From positions 60,016,001 through 60,080,000 of the forward strand of contig OZ024742.1 in the NCBI GenBank assembly GCA_964016885.1: a stretch of DNA of 64,000 nt. The letters are read 5' to 3'. The position numbers were made by a program, and so were the translations under genes. Source of the stretch: Eledone cirrhosa (lineage: Eukaryota). Under the pieces are notes generated by a model. That model saw nothing but the letters and a program-made list of their open reading frames with translations, was not told the origin of the DNA and did not search any database. Positions 1 through 12,109 of this stretch are shown one piece after another (position 1 is the first letter of the stretch; each line of letters starts with the position of its first letter).

Positions 1-296
1 ACATTTGTCTGTACGCATGTATATGTGTGTGTATATATGAGTGTATATATGGAAGTTTAGTAAAACCTGTATATATGTACACACATATATTATATGTATA
101 TATATATTTTTATGTGTGTTTGTGTGTGTATGTAAGTACGTGCGTATATATATGTGTTTATATATAATTTTATACGTGAGTATATTTATCTATATTTACT
201 TCCTTGTCCGTATTCCTATACACGCATAAATTTGCACAGAACATTTTGTTTGCATTTTATAAATGCGTTTATATGATATCTATATCCGGTTAGTAG

Positions 297-487
297 GGCG
301 GTGAATTGGCAGTATCGGTAGAGGGTCGGACGCCATGCTTTGACACATAGAGTTACGGCCCTTGCCATTCTGAGTTCAAATCCCGCCGAGGTTAACTTTG
401 CCTTTCATCCTTACGGGGTCGATAAAATAAAGTACCAGTAATGCACTGAGTAATTGCTGGCCTTGTGTCAAAAGGTAGATACAATTA
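297..487 (+). mobile_element. tRNA-derived SINE (octopod-type)
   Basis: A-box-like TGGCAGTATCGG, B-box GAGTTCAAATCCC, body GCCGAGGTTAACTTTGCCTTTCATCCTTACGGGGTCGATAAAATAAAGTACCAGT; about 10 related copies in the window. Confidence 0.85.
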
Positions 488-919
488 TATCTATATACGG
501 TTCATATATTTTTATTGTATGTGTGTGTGTTTATATATTGTGTGTATGCATGTGTTTGTGTATGTCTGTATATGTGTGAGTATGTGTATCTTTGTACGTA
601 TGTACATATATGTATATGCGTGTGTGTATATATACGCGTGTATGCGCGTGTGTATAAATTTATATATACATATGTGTGTGTATGTTTGTATGTATGTCTA
701 TGTACGTGTGTATGTACATATATAAATGGATGCATATGTATGTGCATGTATAAATGGATGCATATATGTATATATATATAAATACATATATATGCAGAGG
801 TTATATTTAATTTGTTGGCATTCAACAAGCTTAAACATTTTTATAACTGATATAAACAGTTTAGTGGAGTAAATATTCAATATATTAATAAATGGAAACT
901 ATATTTATAAAACCATAAT

Positions 920-985
920 TATTTTATTATATATTTTTCAAGGGTAACCAAGGCAAATTATGGTGCGCTTTCATCAGATAAAATA
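920..985 (-). ncRNA. hammerhead-like motif, mirror copy in the left palindrome arm
   Basis: Reverse complement of 1122-1187. Confidence 0.65.
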
Positions 986-1121
986 CGGATTTGTTTTATA
1001 AATAAATATTGACATACACGGAAAACAGACAACCTTAACGGTTGGAGCTATCCAGGAAGCTTCAACCGTTAAGGTTGTCTGTTTTCCGTGTATGTCAATA
1101 TTTATTTATAAAACAAATCCG

Positions 1122-1187
1122 TATTTTATCTGATGAAAGCGCACCATAATTTGCCTTGGTTACCCTTGAAAAATATATAATAAAATA
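1122..1187 (+). ncRNA. minimal type-I hammerhead ribozyme-like motif
   Basis: tattttat CTGATGA aagcgcacca...tggttaccctt GAAA aatata TA ataaaata; stem I is a perfect 8 bp; stems II and III are imperfect. Confidence 0.65.
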
Positions 1188-1491
1188 ATTATGGTTTTAT
1201 AAATATAGTTTCCATTTATTAATATATTGTATATATATATATATATATGTATATATATGTGTGCATGTGTGCATACATATATATATATGTGCGTTTATGT
1301 ATATATGCATATATATATGTATGTATATATGTGTGTGTGTATGTGTATGTTATTGTGTGTTTATATATAAATATATATGCATATAAGTGTGTATGTTTTT
1401 GTTTATATATGTACGTGTGTGTGTGTATTCTTATGTATATACATGTATGTGTGCGTGTGTATTCTTATGTATATATATGTATATGTATATA

Positions 1492-1538
<47 letters not shown>

Positions 1539-1543
1539 TATGC

Positions 1544-1578
<35 letters not shown>

Positions 1579-1954
1579 CATATGTGTGCGTATGTTTGTA
1601 TGTCCTTGTACCTGTATATATATATGTTTATGGGTGTGTAGGTATATATACATATGTATGTATATGTGAGTATATGTTTATATGTGTGTGTTTGCGTCTG
1701 TTACCCCTCTTATGTAATTTTTTAATTTTTTTGTTTTTTGTTTTTTGTCCAACACTGTGTTTATAGTTAAACCTTAAGTTGTTTATTTTTATTATTATCT
1801 TTAAATTTTTTTGCCTGTCTGCCTATCTAGATACATACTGAATTGTGCTTATAGTTGTATTTATTTTAGGTGTGCGGAGGTATGTGATTGTATGTGTATA
1901 TATGTATATGTGTATATATATGTGTATTTATATACATGTGTGTGTGCGTGTGTG

Positions 1955-2003
<49 letters not shown>

Positions 2004-2179
2004 GTATGTGTACGTATGTATACGCGTGTGTCTATGTATATATATATATATATATATGTGTGTATACATGTACGTATGTTTATGTGTATGTGTGTGTGTA
2101 TAAGTATATACGTGGACAGATGCTTATATATCTATGTGTATATTCGTGCTATTTATGCATTTTTTTGCATGGATTTACA

Positions 2180-2688
2180 CATACTGAATTCATTTGCCAA
2201 AATCTGGTGTTTTTCCCCTGTGAGTTACACATGTGCTTTTACAAAACACAGTGTCATCCACAACACAGGCGCAGAACAAAATACCTGTTGATAACGTGAT
2301 ATTCCTCGTTCGATCATTATACCAAAAGCTTATAGTTTTAAGCAGACAGTATTATTGATTTAGGTGTCGCAGAAACCATGTACTGGATTTTCCCATCAAT
2401 TCCAAGGGTCCAGGTTTGTTAGATATATATATATATATGTATATATGTATAAATATATATCTGAATATGTCATTTATTTTGTCTGAACTATTTAGCTTGA
2501 CTTGTTTTTTGGCTTAGGTGGTTAATGGCTTCTTGACCGCCTTCTCAGTTTGAATGGCCTTTATAACCTATGTTTATTGCTCTGGTCCTTTTAGCCCATG
2601 GAGCGCTTGCCAGCATTACTCGGAATTTGCGTTACGTTTCGATTTTTCTACCCGCTGAAATGCGATTCTCACTGAATTTATATTTGTA

Positions 2689-2690
<2 letters not shown>
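2180..2690. repeat. diverged relative of the 3277-4181 repeat family
   Basis: Shared blocks TTGATTTAGG.G.CGCAGAAACC...TACTGGATTTT...TTCCA.GGGTCC.GG and GAAATGCGA.TCTC. Confidence 0.55.
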
Positions 2691-2755
<65 letters not shown>

Positions 2756-3012
2756 TTCCCTTTCCTTACGTTCTATTTTCTCCCGTTATTTTATTTTATA
2801 TCAGCCTTGCTTTCAATTGTTTTAGCCTTTGTTTTTAAACCCATATCTTACATCCACTTCAAATAAAATTTCATTCTGATGAGCGACTTCAGACGTCTGT
2901 TTCGAGCTCAGTCTCTCTTAATAATTGTCTTATGTTGTTTATTAAATAATTAAATAGCTCTGTAGCTTACATAGAGCACTCTCCTTTCCTTTACCTTTCC
3001 TACGGAAACTCT

Positions 3013-3075
<63 letters not shown>

Positions 3076-3276
3076 TATATATACTTATATACATATATAT
3101 ATATATATATACTTATATACATATATGTATATACTTATATACATATATAATATATATATATCTGTGTGTGTGTGTGCGAATGTATATATATATATATATT
3201 TATATATATAAGTGCACACGCACAAACACACATACACCACACACACGCACACACACACACACACATATATATATAT

Positions 3277-4177
3277 AAAGTGGCTTCCTTGTTCAATCAT
3301 CTTACCAGAAGCCTGACATTATTTATGTAAGCGGACGGTACTTGATTTAGGAGCCGCAGAAACCCAAATACTAGATTTTACCAACCTTCCAGGGGTCCGG
3401 GTAAATTTTCAATACCCGTATTACTTGATCGTTTTTATTTTTGGCTATGCGAATGATTGTTTAGCCATCGTCTTAGTGTGTTTGGCCTTTAACGTTTGTT
3501 ATAGCTCTGGTTCATCTGAATCATTGATCACTTGCCTCACATCTCGGAGGTTGTTTTTCGTTATTTTGTGGGCCGAAATGCGAATCTCGATAATTTATGT
3601 TTGTATTTATCTCCAGACTCTAGCTATTGATCAGTTAATTTTCTTGATTTTTTAGTTGATTCTATTGACTGATGAATAGCTTATGTTAATTTTAACCCTT
3701 CTGTTGAGAACTCCATTCGATTTGTGATGTTTTGGCATTCTTGCAAAAATATACACAACTGAATTTATTCGCCTGATATAGGGGCTGCCTCCCTTGCCGA
3801 TCCCCACGTGGAGTCAGCAATAGTCAGTCCTTGTATTAACATTGAACTAAAAGCTGTTGAGAAAGTGGCTTCCTTGTTCAATCATCTTACCAGAAGCCTG
3901 ACATTATTTATGTAAGCGGACGGTACTTGATTTAGGAGCCGCAGAAACCCAAATACTGGATTTTACCAACCTTCCAGGGGTCCGGGTATATTTTCAATAC
4001 CCGAACTACTTGATCGTTTTTTTTGGCTATACGAATGATTGTTTAACCATCGTCTCAGTGTCTTTGGCCTTTAATGTTTGTAGCTCTGGTTCATCTGAAT
4101 CATTGAGCACTTGCCTCACATCTCGGAGGTTGTTTTTCGTTATTTCGTGGGCCGAAATGCGAATCTCGATAATTTAT

Positions 4178-4181
<4 letters not shown>
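3277..4181. repeat. unclassified element: ~325-bp direct repeats (3277-3602, 3862-4181) around a ~260-bp unique core, in (TA)n
   Basis: Direct repeat visible with period ~585; both ends abut TA microsatellite; no credible ORF. Confidence 0.8.
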
Positions 4182-4236
<55 letters not shown>

Positions 4237-4842
4237 GAGAGACGCGAGAAAGAGATGACAGAGAGAGAGAGCGGGGAGAGAGAGAGACAAAGATAGAGAT
4301 AGAGATAGTGAAAGAGAGAGAGGATATAGATTCGTTAGTAATATCATTTTCCTTAGAGGCTATATTTGAAAATTATTGATATATGATATAAACTCTTCCG
4401 TTACTATTAACTCATCTGTCCTCTCAGGAAAGAAGAAAAATGATTATATGTTCTAGGATGATGATATTTCAAAGAAAAAATAATACTTCTAAATCGTATT
4501 GACATAGGATATGTATTAAAAATATAAAAACATTCTGAGAAAATATACCTCATTAAAATATGGTAAATCAGTGCTAAATGACAGGGAAAAAAAAATCGTA
4601 TTTTTAAAATGCATTGTTGCTAACAGGCAGAATAGTAAAACAAATAACGATACTTCTTCGAATGGATTGACTAGTCTCCAGTTGCGATATATTGCTTCGC
4701 TCATTATATATAAGTTAAATGTTAAAATATAAAAATAGTTAACTCGGTGAAAAAAAAAAAAACCTTTGTTCCAATACATTAAGAAATAATAAAACGTAGG
4801 AATTAGATCATTGACATAGTATTTTGAGAAGCTAGAGAAGAA

Positions 4843-4916
<74 letters not shown>

Positions 4917-5047
4917 TATAATATAATATATATATAATATAATATATATATATATATAATATATATATTATATATATATATATATATTATATATATATAT
5001 AATATACGATATTAAACAAATGGAAACTATATTTATAAAACCATATT

Positions 5048-5113
5048 TATTTCATTATACATATTTCAGGGATACCATATTAAAAATATGGCATGCCTTC
5101 TTCAGATAAAATA
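5048..5113 (-). ncRNA. minimal hammerhead ribozyme in the inverted pseudo-LTR
   Basis: Reverse complement of 10520-10585. Confidence 0.8.
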
Positions 5114-6414
5114 CAATATATAAGCAGTTTTATAAATAAATTTCACGTACCATAAATATTGATCAACTTCCATTTGAGAAGTTGGTTTGGTAGTGAAATG
5201 TTTATAAATATTTAGTGTTAAGCACAGTTAGAAATAAAGACGGAGAAAAGGAAGAAATGTATGTAAAGAAAAACAGAGAGAGATAGAGAGAGATATGGGA
5301 GAGAGAAATAGTGAGGAGGTGAAAAATGAGAGGCAGCTGAGGCAACAGATAAATAATAATAATAATTCATCATACAAATTGAGAGATTTAGGAGGGAGGG
5401 AGTACTGTAATTATTTATTTATTTATTTATTTAGTTATAGTGTTAAGGAGACGGAGAGAAATAAAAAATAAATAAAGAGAAAACAGAGAGGTAGAGAAAG
5501 ATAGGGGTGGGTGGAAAAAGAGGTAGACCGAATAATGATAATTATACATGGGGAGGTGAGAGAAATAGGAGAGAGGTAAGAGAGAAAACAATAGAGAAGC
5601 TCGGGAGGTAAAGTTAAAGTAGCCGATACTTAAATTTCATCATGTATAGAGGGAGGAGAAGAAAGAGCTATATCTAGAGAGAAGGATGACAGATTTACAA
5701 CTTTACGTTATGTCTTATCAATTTGAATTATCAATTCATATGAATTGGGTATTATAATGTAAATATCAATATTCATGAATGAGACATAGATATATAATGT
5801 GTGAAAAATAATGACCATATGTTTAGTTTAAAAATTCTTAGGTCGATATACCAAAAACTGAGATAAAACTTCAAAAAATACGGAAATACATAAGCATATA
5901 TGTACTTTCCGGAAAAAAGAAAGAAAGAGAAAAATAGAAGGTCATCTCAAATTCTAGTTGACACTATCAACATACACGTGAACTTACGTGATCAGCTCTG
6001 TAATTTCTTATTTCACATGAAAAAATTTTCCCTTGCGTTATAAAAGATTTTACTATATATATATATATACATACATATATATACATAAAAATATATATTA
6101 ATATTAATATTCCTGCCCTCACATACATGATTATCGTTCATGTATAGAATATTATGCATATCTGTAACATATCCAGAACCATATCCACACATACATATAT
6201 ATATATATGCGTGCGCAACATACATGTACATGGACAGATAGAATAAACAGATAAAATAGAATATAGTCTGTAATCATTCCATATTCATATTAATACATAT
6301 GGCCTCTGCACAGAGACAACAGATATTAATATATCAAAACGCTAAGAATACTTTCATCACTCCCTAGAGTATCTAGGGCCGTAAAAAACACAGTATGCCC
6401 CCATATCAACCACA

Positions 6415-6471
6415 TGAAGAAGGCATGCCATATTTTTAATATGGTATCCCTGAAATATGTATAATGAAATA
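6415..6471 (+). ncRNA. 5'-truncated hammerhead copy at the inversion junction
   Basis: Starts at TGAAGA; lacks core C3 and the 5' strand of stem I; the rest matches 10529-10585. Confidence 0.7.
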
Positions 6472-6651
6472 AATATGGTTTTATAAATATAGTTTCCATT
6501 TGTTTAATATCGTATATCTACTCCAAAACTTGTTGAGTGCTTTATATCAGTTATAAAATATTTACTCGTTGTAACCCAACAATTTTAAATAAAACGTTTG
6601 CATATATTTTGCTCCAATACTGTTGAGCACTTTATATTATAACTGAAAAAT

Positions 6652-8874
6652 ATGGAATTCTTTAAGATATCCTCTTCTCTAAAAGACATACCTCTACCTA
6701 AGAACAAAGACTTTATTAAACAATTAATAGAAAAATCAGACTCTTTTATAAGAACAATCAGGTGGCGTGCCTTCCACTTTGATAAATCTAATCTAAATGA
6801 AAATGTCTCAGACTTAGATAAAGTTTTCAAATCTAAAAAAAATCCACCCCCCAACAAACTTTTAATGGATTTTGAAAACGATATAATTTCTATCATACAA
6901 GGAGTCAAATTCAAGAGAAACTTCAAAGGCCAGGAATATCTAAGAAGCATTAAGGATAATATTGAAAGCTTGGAGAGAACAGAGAAGATCTTGGTGAAAT
7001 CGGACAAAACCAACAACCTTTATGGAGTGCAAAAAGACATGTATAATGGCCTTATACTGAAAGAACTAAGGAAAAAGTACAAAGTAGCAGATAAGGACGA
7101 ACTGGAGAAAATGAATGTTGAGGCATCTTGTATAATGCATGAGTTGGAAATTGAGAACAAAACACAACCCTTCTTGCCTAGGAAACCCAAGATCAATATG
7201 AAAGATCACAAAAGAAATTTTGAAAATGATTTGCCAGTCAGATTAATTGGACCATCAAAATCTGACCTGGGTAAACTTAGCAAAAACATTCTAGACAGGG
7301 TGATACAGCAAATTAAAAACTTACATGGTTTACCTAACTTAAACTTGTGGAAGGGAACTGGTGAGGTTATTGAGTGGTTTAAAGAAATTAAATATAACAA
7401 TAATAATAAATTTATTCAACTAGATATTGCTAACTACTATTCATTTATTACCCCTAATCTACTAAATAAGGCACTAAATTACGCATTAAAACATACAGAC
7501 CTAACTAGCAATGAAATGCACATTATATTATCGGCAAGGAAAACATTGATAGAATTTAATAACCAACTATGGACTAGGGCAGATAGAGATAATAATTTCA
7601 ACATTACTATGGGATCATCTGACTCAGCTCAGGTAACGGACCTTGTGGGCCTATTTATAATTAATTCGCTGCATAGAAAAATACCTGGTGTAACCGGAGG
7701 ATTATATCGTGATGACATGCTTTTACTTATTGAAAATAATAACTCTGAACTAAATAGAAAAAGAAAACAAATTATACAATTTTTTAATTACCTTAATCTA
7801 AAAATAGAAATAGAGAATAACCATAGAATAGTCAATTTCCTAGATGTAACACTAAATCTCAACACATGTCTTCACTATCCATTTCACAAACTAAATGAAA
7901 ACTTGAATTATGTCAGTTTTAACTCTAATCACCCCAGATCTGTTAAAAATACTATAGTGAACTCTGTTCAATAACGTATCTCAAGAATTTCATCTAATAA
8001 AAATATTTTCGACGAAAAAGCGCAGTATTACAATGAAGCGTTAGCTAGAGCAGGATATAGTGATAAAATTATGTACATCGATAATAATAGGCAAACTAAC
8101 CAAAATTACAACAATTTTAATTACGGTAACAACTTTAACAACTATAATAGAAAGCATTACAATAATTCCAAAAGACAGAAAAGAAATAGAACTAGAAATA
8201 TAATATGGTTTGCACCCCCTTTCTCACTAAATATTAAAACCCACATTGCTAACCTATTTTTTAATGCTCTTGACAAACGCTTCCCTAGAACACATAAATA
8301 TCACTCAATTTTTAATAGACATACTATAAAATTAACTTACTCGTCCACCAAAAATTTAGCACAAAATATTAACAGAATAAATAATAGGAATCTAAAACCT
8401 AGCCAAAATAACGATAATAGCCTAAACAATATTCAATTAAACAACTGTAACTGTAGAAATAAATCTAAATGTCCGTTAAATAACAATTGCTTAGTTAAAA
8501 ATATAATATACAATTGTAATGTTAAAACTGACTTAAATTCTTTTAACTATGTTGGTTCCACCTCGACAGAATTTAAACTTCGCTATAATAATCATAAGAA
8601 TTCTTTCACAGATCCAAACAAAAAATCTTCAACTTCACTATCAGGCTTACTCTGGCAACTTAAACATGATAACGTTGAATATTCGATGTTTTGGAATATA
8701 GTCTCAAGAGGGATTCCTTTTAATTCCTCATCTGAGACATGTGACCTCTGCGTGGAGGAGATATTCTTTATATTAAAATCTAAAAATTCCCTTAATTTAA
8801 GGAGCAATTTATTCAGTTTCTGCAGACATAGATTGAAATCAACGTTTAAATATAAATATAAATTTAAAATGTAG
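6652..8874 (+). pseudogene. PLE polyprotein (reverse transcriptase + C-terminal GIY-YIG endonuclease), ~740 codons, one in-frame TAA at 7972-7974
   Basis: ORFs 6652-7974 and 8071-8874 share a frame and the gap is open (*RISRISSNKNIFDEKAQYYNEALARAGY). Motifs: SDKT, FIQLDIANYY, MGS, GLYRDD, NFLDVTLNL, RNIIWFAPPF, CNCR-x4-CPL-x3-C, NIIY...YVGST, CDLC, CRH. Confidence 0.92.
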
Positions 8875-10519
8875 TATATTTAGCTAAGATATTTAATTAA
8901 TTATGAAACCTGACGATAAATCTTTCGATTCCTTCAACTTTTTCTTTTTTAAACCTTCTTCATAAATATATACTAATGATGTAATTAAACTACCCTAAAA
9001 TGTTGATGCTCCCAATCTATTGAATAAATTTTACGCTAGATAAACTTCTATACTAAATATAAGAGCATCTGTAGAACAACAGGGTCTCCTAAATCTTTTA
9101 AATGATTTCTGCTAAATAAGTTTTGGTGAATAATTTTGGTTTTTTGTTTGCTTTTTGATTCTGATTGCTTCTAATGAACTTGGCAATATATTGTCAGATA
9201 AATTGGAAGGGTAGATTTCTGTGGTTGATATGGGGGGCATACTGTGTTTTTTACGGCCCTAGATACTCTAGGGAGTGATGAAAGTATTCTTAGCGTTTTG
9301 ATATATTAATATCTGTTGTCTCTGTGCAGAGGCCATATGTATTAATATGAATATGGAATGATTACAGACTATATTCTATTTTATCTGTTTATTCTATCTG
9401 TCCATGTACATGTATGTTGCGCACGCATATATATATATATGTATGTGTGGATATGGTTCTGGATATGTTACAGATATGCATAATATTCTATACATGAACG
9501 ATACTCATGTATGTGAGGGCAGGAATATTACTATTAATATATATTTTATGTATATATATGTATGTATATATATATATAGTAAAATCTTTTATAACGCAAG
9601 GGAAAATTTTTTCATGTGAAATAAGAAATTACAGAGCTGATCACGTAAGTTCACGTGTATGTCTATAGTGTCAACTAGAACTTGAGATGACCTTCTATTT
9701 TTCTCTTTCTTTCTTTTTTCCGGAAAGTACATATATACTTATGTATTTCCGTATTTTTTGAAGTTTTATCTCAGTTTTTGGTATATCGACCTAAGAATTT
9801 TTAAACTAAACATATGGTCATTATTTTTCACACATTATATATCTATGTCTCATTCATGAATATTGATATTTACATTATAATACCCAATTCATATGAATTG
9901 ATAATTCAAATTGATAAGACATAACGTAAAGTTGTAAATCTGTCATCGTTCTCTCTAGATATAGCTCTTTCTTCTCCTCCCTCTATACATGATGAAATTT
10001 AAGTATCGGCTACTTTAACTTTACCCCCCCCGAGCTTCTCTATTGTTTTCTCTCTTACCTCTCTCCTATTTCTCTCACCTCCCCATGTATAATTATCATT
10101 ATTCGGTCTACCTCTTTTTCCACCCACCTCTATCTTTCTCTACCTCTCTGTTTTCTCTTTATTTATTTTTTATTTCTCTCCGTCTCCTTAACACTATAAC
10201 TAAATAAATAAATAAATAAATAATTACAGTACTCCCTCCCTCCTAAAGTCTCAATTTGTATGATGAATTATTATTATTATTTATCTGTTGCCTCAGCTGC
10301 CTCTCATTTTTCACCTCCTCACTATTTCTCTCTCCCATATCTCTCTCTATCTCTCTCTGTTTTTCTTTACATACATTTCTTCCTTTTCTCCGTCTTTATT
10401 TCTAACTGTGATTAACACTAAATATTTATAAACATTTCACTACCAAACCAACTTCTCAAATGGAAGTTGATCAATATTTATGGTACGTGAAATTTATTTA
10501 TAAAACTGCTTATATATTG

Positions 10520-10585
10520 TATTTTATCTGAAGAAGGCATGCCATATTTTTAATATGGTATCCCTGAAATATGTATAATGAAATA
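10520..10585 (+). ncRNA. minimal type-I hammerhead ribozyme
   Basis: tattttat CTGAAGA aggcatgccatatt-ttt-aatatggtatccct GAAA tatgta TA^ atgaaata; 8-bp stem I, 14-position stem II with one mismatch, quasi-palindromic stem III; predicted cut after 10577. Confidence 0.82.
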
Positions 10586-10812
10586 AATATGGTTTTATAA
10601 ATATAGTTTCCATTTGTTTAATATCGTATATCTACTCCAAAACTTGTTGAGTGCTTTATATCAGTTATAAAATATTTACTCGTTGTAACCCAACAATTTT
10701 AAATAAAACTTTTGCATATATATAATATATATATATATATAACAAAGGAATTGTGGTAAGGAACCAGATGGACCAGAGTACTCAATACTTAGGGTAGTAG
10801 AGTGGGAAATTG

Positions 10813-10879
10813 GAAAAAGTATGACCCCGACGGCAGAGCGCAAGCCGTTTCGACGGTTACTGCTGTCGCGGTCATACTT

Positions 10880-10882
<3 letters not shown>
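10813..10882. other. 70-nt branched stem-loop between TA tracts
   Basis: gaaaaagtatgacc-c-cgacggcag / ctgctgtcg-c-ggtcatactttttc, with an inner gccgt-TTCG-acggt hairpin. Confidence 0.7.
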
Positions 10883-10930
<48 letters not shown>

Positions 10931-11228
10931 TTCTAACGATTTTGTTAGTCAATTGCAACTAAAACATGTAAATGTTTATCAAATATTAATTTATTCTGCT
11001 CAGAAGCGATTCTTAGAGCTGAAATAATTGTAAATGACCCCATTGAGTGTAAACTCTAAGTTATATTATATATATATATATATGTATATACATATATTAA
11101 AATAACAGATTATGTATATATATATATATATATATGGAGGAGGTTAAAGTTCACTTGAAGCATTGCGTAATGAGGTATAAACGTTTGTATATGTATAACA
11201 TATACAAACGTTTATATATATATATATA

Positions 11229-11690
11229 ACGGCGATGAATTAGTTTTGCGAGGTTTTTGATATGAAATTGTGTGTCGAAACAAATAATGTTATACTTGGG
11301 GAGGGTCATATCTATGTAATAATATTGCCAGAATTAATAACAGAACACACTCACTGTTTGGTTGGTTTTCGCTTCTGTGACTTTTATATCGGTTAATTTA
11401 ATTTATTCGGTCCTCAATGTTACCATAGACTGACCAACGGTCAAAAATACAGATACAATATAGACACAAACACATATATATATTCGAACAAAGTTCTTTC
11501 GTTGCATATCCCTCAAGATCATCAGTGGTGCTATTATGTTTCCTCCCGTTGCATTGTATGCCTACGCCATCTTTATTTAGTCTGTTTATTTATTTATTTA
11601 TTTGTTTATTTTTTTTGTCTTCTCTGCGCATGCGTTATTAATTCTGGCAATATTATTTCACAAATATGACCCTCCCAAAGTATAACAATA
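11229..11690 (-). mobile_element. solo pseudo-LTR of the Neptune-like PLE with a short inverted piece (11637-11690)
   Basis: 11229-11634 matches 22072-22257 and 17897-18292; contains the MTLPKYNN start in both orientations and an HHR-like core at 11487-11533. Confidence 0.85.
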
Positions 11691-11803
11691 TATATATATA
11701 CATATATGTATATATATATTTATTTGCTTATACATTAAAACACACACACGCACACACACATACACACACACACATATATATATATATCATTATTACTAAT
11801 ATT

Positions 11804-11989
11804 GGGTTGGCAGTATCGGTAGAGGGTTGGACGCCATACTTTCTAGCATAGAGTTACGTCCCTTTATGATCTGAGTTCAAATCCCGCCGAGGTTAACTAT
11901 GCCTTTCATTCTTATGGGGTCGATAAAATAAAGTACCAGTAATGTGCTGGTTGATTGCTGGCCTTGTGCCTAAAGTAGAAACAATTATT
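11804..11989 (+). mobile_element. tRNA-derived SINE
   Basis: Same family as 297-487. Confidence 0.85.
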
Positions 11990-11990
11990 A

Positions 11991-12052
<62 letters not shown>

Positions 12053-12109
12053 TATATACATATATATACACACACACACATACACACACACATATATTTA
12101 TATATATTA

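Larger units (their letters stand above)
798..1229. mobile_element. ORF-less fold-back PLE pseudo-LTR insertion, related to the Naiad-like element at 5002-10720
   Basis: Near-perfect inverted repeat 878-1049 / 1058-1229. Arms are homologous to 10495-10631. Minus strand continues 877-798 as a homolog of the 10632-10710 tail. Flanked by TA-rich repeats. Confidence 0.8.
5002..10720 (+). mobile_element. Penelope-like retroelement, Naiad-like, with inverted 5' pseudo-LTR
   Basis: RT + GIY-YIG ORF; 5002-6414 is an inverted copy of 9220-10631; 6415-6607 is directly repeated at 10529-10720; (TA)n on both sides. Confidence 0.93.

Noticed and set aside
297-400. tRNA gene or CRISPR-like repeat interpretation of the recurring ~190-bp unit
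   Set aside because: Only Pol III A/B boxes of a dispersed SINE; no cloverleaf, no regular spacers, eukaryotic context
2876-2912. CTGATGAG hammerhead-like start
   Set aside because: No GAAA and UH at a compatible position
7972-7974. In-frame stop in the Naiad-like ORF as possible selenocysteine (reported for some Naiads)
   Set aside because: The codon is TAA, not TGA, and is not at an apparent Cys position; no convincing SECIS seen
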